The notes under the pieces were generated by a model. The model saw only the letters and a list, made by a program, of their open reading frames with translations. It did no database searches and was not told the DNA's origin. Positions 58,592 through 64,000 of a stretch of 64,000 nucleotides of DNA are shown here, in pieces. The stretch is from Podarcis cretensis (lineage: Eukaryota). Location of the stretch: positions 55,366,001 to 55,430,000 of the forward strand of contig OX638162.1 of the NCBI GenBank assembly GCA_951804945.1, read 5' to 3'. The position numbers and the translations under genes were made by a program. Within the stretch, counting starts at the first letter, position 1. The number at the start of each line of letters is the position of its first letter.

Positions 58592-59044
58592 CTTGGCAGT
58601 GGGGCGTCCTGGGCGCCGCGCGGGCAGCCAGGCAGCCTTTAATCGGCGCTGCGCAGGGGGCCTCCGACCCGGAGGTCCCGCCCTTCACAGCTGCGTCTGG
58701 GCGCCGCAAGGAGAGGCCTTGCGTGGGCACCACTAGCTGGCTGAAGGCCAGCAACGCGCAAGAGGCCCGGTGGGGACGTGCGTGGCGCCTGGCTCAGTTT
58801 CTTTCCCTGTTTTCGAGCGCTTAGAACTCAGCCCCCCCCCCTCCACCCCCAGGTCGGTGGCGCTCCAGGCGGCTAAGGCTCAAAGGGAGATGCATCAGAC
58901 GGCCAACTCAGGTGGACTCACAGACCACCGTCGAGGCCACTTGGAGCCCGCGGGCGCCTGCTTCTCTCCAATGGGTTTTGGGGACCTTCTCCGGAGGGTA
59001 GTCGCTTACGGGGGCTCTTGGGTATGCCTCTGCCGCCCCCGTCA

Positions 59045-59335
59045 GCCTAGAAACTCTCCGGGTGACCCGGGCCAGTCACAGTCCACCCAATCCGCTTTGA
59101 AAGCCTTCCAAGTTGGTGGTCGTCACTGCCTCTTGTGGGAGAGAGTTCCATGTGCTGCATGAAGGACTTCCTTTTCTGTGTCCTGAATCTTCCTGCATTC
59201 AGCTTCGTTTGGTGTCCACAAGTTCTAGATTAGTGTGATAACACAGAGAGAGAAACGATTCTCTACCCGTTTTCTTCATGCCATGCGTAATTTTATAGAC
59301 TTCTATCATGTCACCTCTCCCTCGTATTTCCTGTA
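59045..59335 (-). mobile_element. CR1-like LINE fragment
   Basis: Minus frame RGRGDMIEVYKITHGMKK. Confidence 0.65.
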
Positions 59336-60440
59336 AAGAGGGGTCCCCAGACCCCAGCGTAACCCACCCAGAGGGTCCGTGGAACAACTGTTCAGCACGT
59401 CCCGTTTTTGGGGGGTCGTGGTCTCCCGCAAGAGCACAGCGCCCCAAATGCACGCTCCCGCCCCTGCCCCCCCCCCGCTGCTTCCCTCCACTGATACCGT
59501 AAAGCTTCGCAGGGCGCCATCCCCGAGTTACCGCCGCCCTCTCCGAGTCTCTTCCGCAGGTGCCTTCAGCCAGGCTCCCACGACCAAGCACCTTGGATCA
59601 CTCTTCCGTGGAGAAGGGGACAAATATCCTGCAAGGGGTCCCCTTCTTTTAAATGCTGCGTTAGTTTAACCCAGGAATTCTGCTGCCACTCACTGTTCTG
59701 CATTCTCACGGACGCTTTTTGCACCCACTGTGTTGCCCATAGGCATGCACGGAAAGAGTGTGCGTGTGGATAGGAATGCAGGGGCATGCAACCCACCCTG
59801 GACGCCTGTCATAACCGCTGCTGTGTTGGTGAAGGGCGTGGGGGACACACGTTGGTTTAAGTCCGCGGCAAAGGCCTCAACTTCCAGGAAAGTCTTGAGG
59901 CCTCGGCTCCTCGGCACGTGGTGACTCTTCATTTGAGCTCTTCCTTGCCCGCCTTGCTCCGTAGATTATTTCCGGGAAACCCCGCCCCCCTTCCTTAAAC
60001 CAGCTTTTTATTTCAAGTATAAAACTGGAATGATTAGAGGCTTCGTGTTTTGTTTTTGTTTTTTTTTTTCAATTTTTTTATTGATTTTCCAAATTTATAA
60101 CAAATAGAAAAAGAACATCAAATATACAAACAAAGAAACATTTATCTTAACTGTAATAATTCCACTTTTGTTAACCTTGTTAGGTGACTTCCTCAAATCC
60201 CTCTGGCTGAGTTTCCATATAAATTATTGTAGCAGTTTTCCAAAACTATTTGCACATAAAATTTACTTAGTCAAATTAACATCTATCTTCCTTTTCATTT
60301 AAACTTTAAACATATTATTCTATAACATCACATATTTAAATCCTAGGCCTATCTTATATTCACAAGTAATTTTATTTAAATTGAAATATACATTTATTAA
60401 GAAACCAGAAGCCTTTCTACTTGGAATAATAGGTCTAGAA

Positions 60441-60589
60441 TAGGTCTGTGTATCTGAAGAAGTGTGCATGCACACGAAAGCTCATACCTAGAACTAACTT
60501 AGTTGGTCTTTAAGGTGCTACTGGAAGGAATTTTTTTTCTTTTATTTTGTTTTGACTATGGCAGACCAACACGGCTACCTATCTGTAAC
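60441..60589 (+). mobile_element. Solo Penelope-like terminal repeat nested in the L1
   Basis: Near-identical to the reverse complement of 37075-37177; flanked by taggtctagaa at 60430-60440 and 60590-60600. Confidence 0.85.
60450..60487 (+). ncRNA. Minimal type I hammerhead ribozyme
   Basis: gtat CTGAAGA a gtgtgcatgcacac GAAA gc TC atac: catalytic boxes, palindromic stem II, stem I gtat/atac, AGCT palindrome in place of stem III. Confidence 0.72.
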
Positions 60590-61589
60590 TAGGTCTAGAA
60601 TTGCCCAAGAAAGAAGTCAGATTGTTTTTGTATGCCACAACCGCAGCCAGAATTTTACTGGCCAAAAATTGGAAAGCACAAGAAGTACCAACAGTGGAGG
60701 AATGGCAGATGAAGATGATGGACTTTTGGGGGCTAGCTGACCTGACCGGAAGAGTCCGGCGGCCAAAAGGAGGAGGACTACCAAGAGGAATAGAATAAAT
60801 TTAAAGATTATTTAGCCAAATATGTTAGAGGCTTCGTGTTGGTTGCTGTGCTGCTGTTTGTGTTCCTTGAGACCCACCCGAAGAAATCTGGTCCCAGTAC
60901 TTTGCTGTGCCGGATACCAAATACTGCACAACGAAGGACATCTGTTTAATACCCATCTTGCCAAACTTCCAACAAAGTGAGAGTGCCCCCCCCCCACAAA
61001 GGGATGTCCCAGACAGTTGATAGGTATGCGTCAGGGACCGTCTGGGTGGGTGACGTGGACCACCAACTGGGAACCCCTGGTCTACAGTATTCCAAGTGTG
61101 GTCGTACCAGAGATTTGTGGAATGGCATTTTGATGATAGCCACAGTTTTAAATTCCAATGCCTTTCCTAAGTTTGCTCGGGAGTCCTCGGAGAGCTACCT
61201 CGCGGGGAGGCCAAGGACAAAATGTCCGCATTCAGCTAGACTGACTGCTACCCTTCTCTGCCGCCCCCGCCGCCGGCTGGTTTGCTGCGCAAAGGAAAGA
61301 CCCATTTGACTTGGTTTGGTTCGGGCCGGAGCCCCGCGGGGGCGGACGAGGACCTCATCCTGGCTTTTTGGAAGGCACCATCCCTCCCCTTTCCTCGTGC
61401 GCCTCCGCCACGCGCGGTTCTAGGGAAAGAACAATGGCCGAAAAGGGGGTGTCACGACTAGCAAATGAGGCATGTCATCGCCCAGGGAGAGCCCGACGTA
61501 GATGCCCGGCAAGGCCTGTCTGGGGGGAGGCAGCGGGAATTGCGCGGAGGCTGTTCGTGCGCTCCCTCTCGCATTCTAGCATTAGCCGT

Positions 61590-61680
61590 AAGAGGCGATA
61601 ACGCGGGGAGAAGCCGCAGCGCCGACGGGCGGAGGCCGAGGGAGAGGCCCCAGGCGGGGCGGGGCGCCCTCAATAAAAGG
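61590..61680 (+). promoter_or_regulatory. alphaA-globin proximal promoter
   Basis: GATAA at about 61597, GC box ggggcggggc at about 61656, ATAAAA at 61673. Confidence 0.65.
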
Positions 61681-61723
61681 GCCGCGCGCGCTCCGACGGC
61701 ACCCGAGACTTTGAGCTGCCAAG

Positions 61724-62356
61724 ATGGTGTTGACCGACGACGACAAGAGCCACGTGAAGCATGTTTGGAGCGAGATCCAGTCCCACGCCGGGGACATCGG
61801 CGCCGAGGCCATCACCAGGTAAGTCCGCCCCGTCGGGCAGGGACCCTCTCCCGGGGACGAGGCCGCGGGCCGGGTGGGACTCGGACCCTCGTCTTCCTGC
61901 TCCTCTCCTCCTCCTCTTCCCGCAGGATGTTCGCAGCGCACCCCACCACTAAGACCTACTTCGCGCACATGGACGTGAGCCCCGGCTCTGCGGACATCAA
62001 GGCGCACGGCAAGAAGGTCGCGGCCGCCATCGGCGAGGCCGTGGCGCACATCGACAACATCGCCGGCGCCCTCGACAAGCTCAGCGACCTGCACGCCCAG
62101 AAGATGCGCGTGGACCCCGTCAACTTCGCGGTGAGTCTCTCTCTCCTCCCCGTCGGGGCTCCGGGGCGGGTGGGATCCCTGCTTCGCTCCGTCCGGGGCC
62201 CCGTCTAACGCTCCCCCTCTCCCGCAGCTGCTGAGCCACTGCTTCCTGGTGGCCATCGCCGCCCACCACCAGGGGCTCCTCAAGGCCAGCACCCTCGTCT
62301 CCATGGACAAGTTCCTGGGCCGCGTCGGCACCGTGCTGACCTGCAAGTACCGCTAG
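61724..62356 (+). CDS. HBA: Hemoglobin alpha-A-like chain, 142 aa; exons 61724-61818, 61926-62130, 62228-62356
   Basis: 95/205/129-nt exons. [54 protein letters not shown]; His58, His87, Phe43, Tyr140 and Arg141 intact; AATAAA 62425-62430. Confidence 0.96.
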
Positions 62357-63089
62357 GCCCCACGAAGCCCAAGCCCGCCGCAGAGGAGCCGCCTCGACGC
62401 CGCCCTGCGACCCCCAAAGCCCACAATAAACCTGCTCTTGACTCTCCCTGATCTCTCGCGTCTTCTTGGGCTGAACTGGGGGCGGGAGGGAAGAAGGTCG
62501 AGGGGGACCCCGGGGGCCTGGACGGCTCTGGCGAGGGAGACCCCGTCCCGCGGGATAGCCCCTAACTTGGCGCTCCTTGAACCCGGGGCAGTTGGACCGA
62601 GTCGCCTGCTAGGTGGGGGCCCTGAAAGAGCGCAGGCACGCGTGGGGCGCAGAGTCAGCCCCAGAAGGGCTCCGTCTCCTTGGGGGTCTTCCTTCCAGGT
62701 CCCTTCGGGGGACTTGTGGAGTGGGGCTCCCCAGGCCTTTGCGCCCCTGGCTGGACTGACTGGGATGAAGCAGACGACCTATTCGGAAGGGCCGGTCTCG
62801 GGGTTGTGCTCGCAGAAGGGCCCCGCCCGGCTCCGTCCAGCCCGAAAGCCCCGCGAGCCACAGCTGCCAGCCCGTGTAGGCAATAGGGCCCGGGTTGGAT
62901 GCAATAGAAGGCAGCTTCCTAGGATCCTGCGCTCAAGGGCAGAGGCAGCCCCCTCCCCACAGCCAAGGCCGGGGGGGCAGTGCCAGGGTCCCCTCCACAC
63001 CCGCACTGAGAGGGCACGGGAAGAGGCCCCCAAGCAGGAGCCCTGCCTGGGAGGGGGCGACTCGGGCTCTGGAACCACCGCCAGTTCCT

Positions 63090-63303
63090 GAGATCAGAGG
63101 ACCCACCAGAGCGATGGGAAGGGCGCATGGCAAGGGGGGGCGCCCTCCCTCCCCCGCTATCTGCTCACAGCAGCCAGGAGAAGGAGGCACCCCAGGGCGG
63201 GTCGGGAGGTCTGGGGAGCAGATAAGCAGACACACAGGGTGCCAACATCTACCCCAACTCCAGGAGGCCTGCGGGGGGGGGGGCGGTTAGGCCTCTGCTA
63301 TCT
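63090..63303 (+). promoter_or_regulatory. Candidate erythroid 3' enhancer of alphaA globin
   Basis: GATA sites at 63157-63162, 63220-63225 and 63298-63303, about 0.75 kb after the stop; homologous to 57040-57265. Confidence 0.62.
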
Positions 63304-64000
63304 CTACCTTGGCTGTGACGCCCCCCTCGCTCCATGTAGTGCGGCCTCCTACCTAAGGGAGCCGCGGGATTTTCCACGCATTTTCCACCAGAGGTAGCGG
63401 CGGACACCGGGGGGGGGGCGTTGAAAGAGTAGACACCTTCACGGAGGCTAAGAAGACTATCCAAAGCCACTAGCAGCAGCAGCTGCTGTTTCCAACCTCC
63501 GGTGTCATAGAACCATAAAGAGCCCCCAGGGGTCATCTAGTCCAACCCCGTGGCATGCAGGTGTCCGGGGCAGGACGCCTCTGAAGAGCAGTTGCTGCGG
63601 AGCCCCCCTGGGGAGAGCACTGCTCTGGCTTCCAGATCCTGCAAGCGGATCCTTTTTCCCTGGAGAGGAATCTGGCTGTGGGAGCAGAGGCGGGACCCCT
63701 TCTTTAGCCGCTTCCAAGGCTGCCCCGGCCAGACTCCTCTCTCTGGCAGGGCCTGGAGACCCACCGAGGGAGGTGTTTTGCGCGGGGGCGCCTGTAGCAT
63801 CCATTTTGCTCTAATCGGCCCAAACCTAGTAGTAATTGTGATTGCCGCGTTCCTTTATTTTGCAGAACTCCTCTAGCACCAAAAAGAAGCAATAAATACT
63901 GCCTCGTGAGGGTGCAAGCAAGCAGCAAAGGGTGGGATTGAGGTGGGCGGCCGGGGGGGGCGGCAGAGGAGGAATGAGTCACCTTCCTGGCGTCATCTGT

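Larger units (their letters stand above)
60050..60824. mobile_element. 5'-inverted L1 insertion with 16-bp TSD
   Basis: TSD ttagaggcttcgtgtt at 60034-60049 and 60825-60840; poly(T) and 3'UTR antisense, then ORF2 C-terminus in sense (KKPEAFLLGII..FLYATTAARILLAKNWK). Confidence 0.82.

Noticed and set aside
62438-63290. Overlapping ORFs downstream of alphaA
   Set aside because: GC-rich stop-poor sequence with no homology signal or splice structure.

Overview
Vertebrate genomic DNA. The repeat content (BovB, Penelope-like, CR1, L1, tRNA-SINE, Tc1/pogo and hAT MITEs) and globin type point to a squamate reptile, probably a lizard (inference). Left to right: (1) sarcalumenin SRL, + strand, six coding exons 1679-14592, signal-peptide exon upstream of the window; (2) complete adenylate cyclase 9 ADCY9, + strand, CDS 22594-45860, CpG-island start, probable ~5.7 kb 3'UTR; (3) two head-to-head alpha-type globin genes, a near-canonical alphaA-like gene (+, 61724-62356) and an intact but strongly divergent paralogue (-, 57946-58591) with distal His E7->Leu, Asp94->Ser, Asn97->Ser and Tyr140->His, each followed by a homologous GATA-containing 3' element. 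Main findings: the His-E7-less alpha globin and its retained enhancer; three tandem paralogous 36-42 nt micro-exons in ADCY9, each encoding an N-glycosylation sequon in the last extracellular loop; a possible acidic-domain-only sarcalumenin made by intronic polyadenylation; Penelope-derived minimal hammerhead ribozymes, one nested in a 5'-inverted L1 between the globin promoters. Exon boundaries were read by eye from GT/AG sites and frame continuity. Comparisons to human proteins are from memory, not from a database search.
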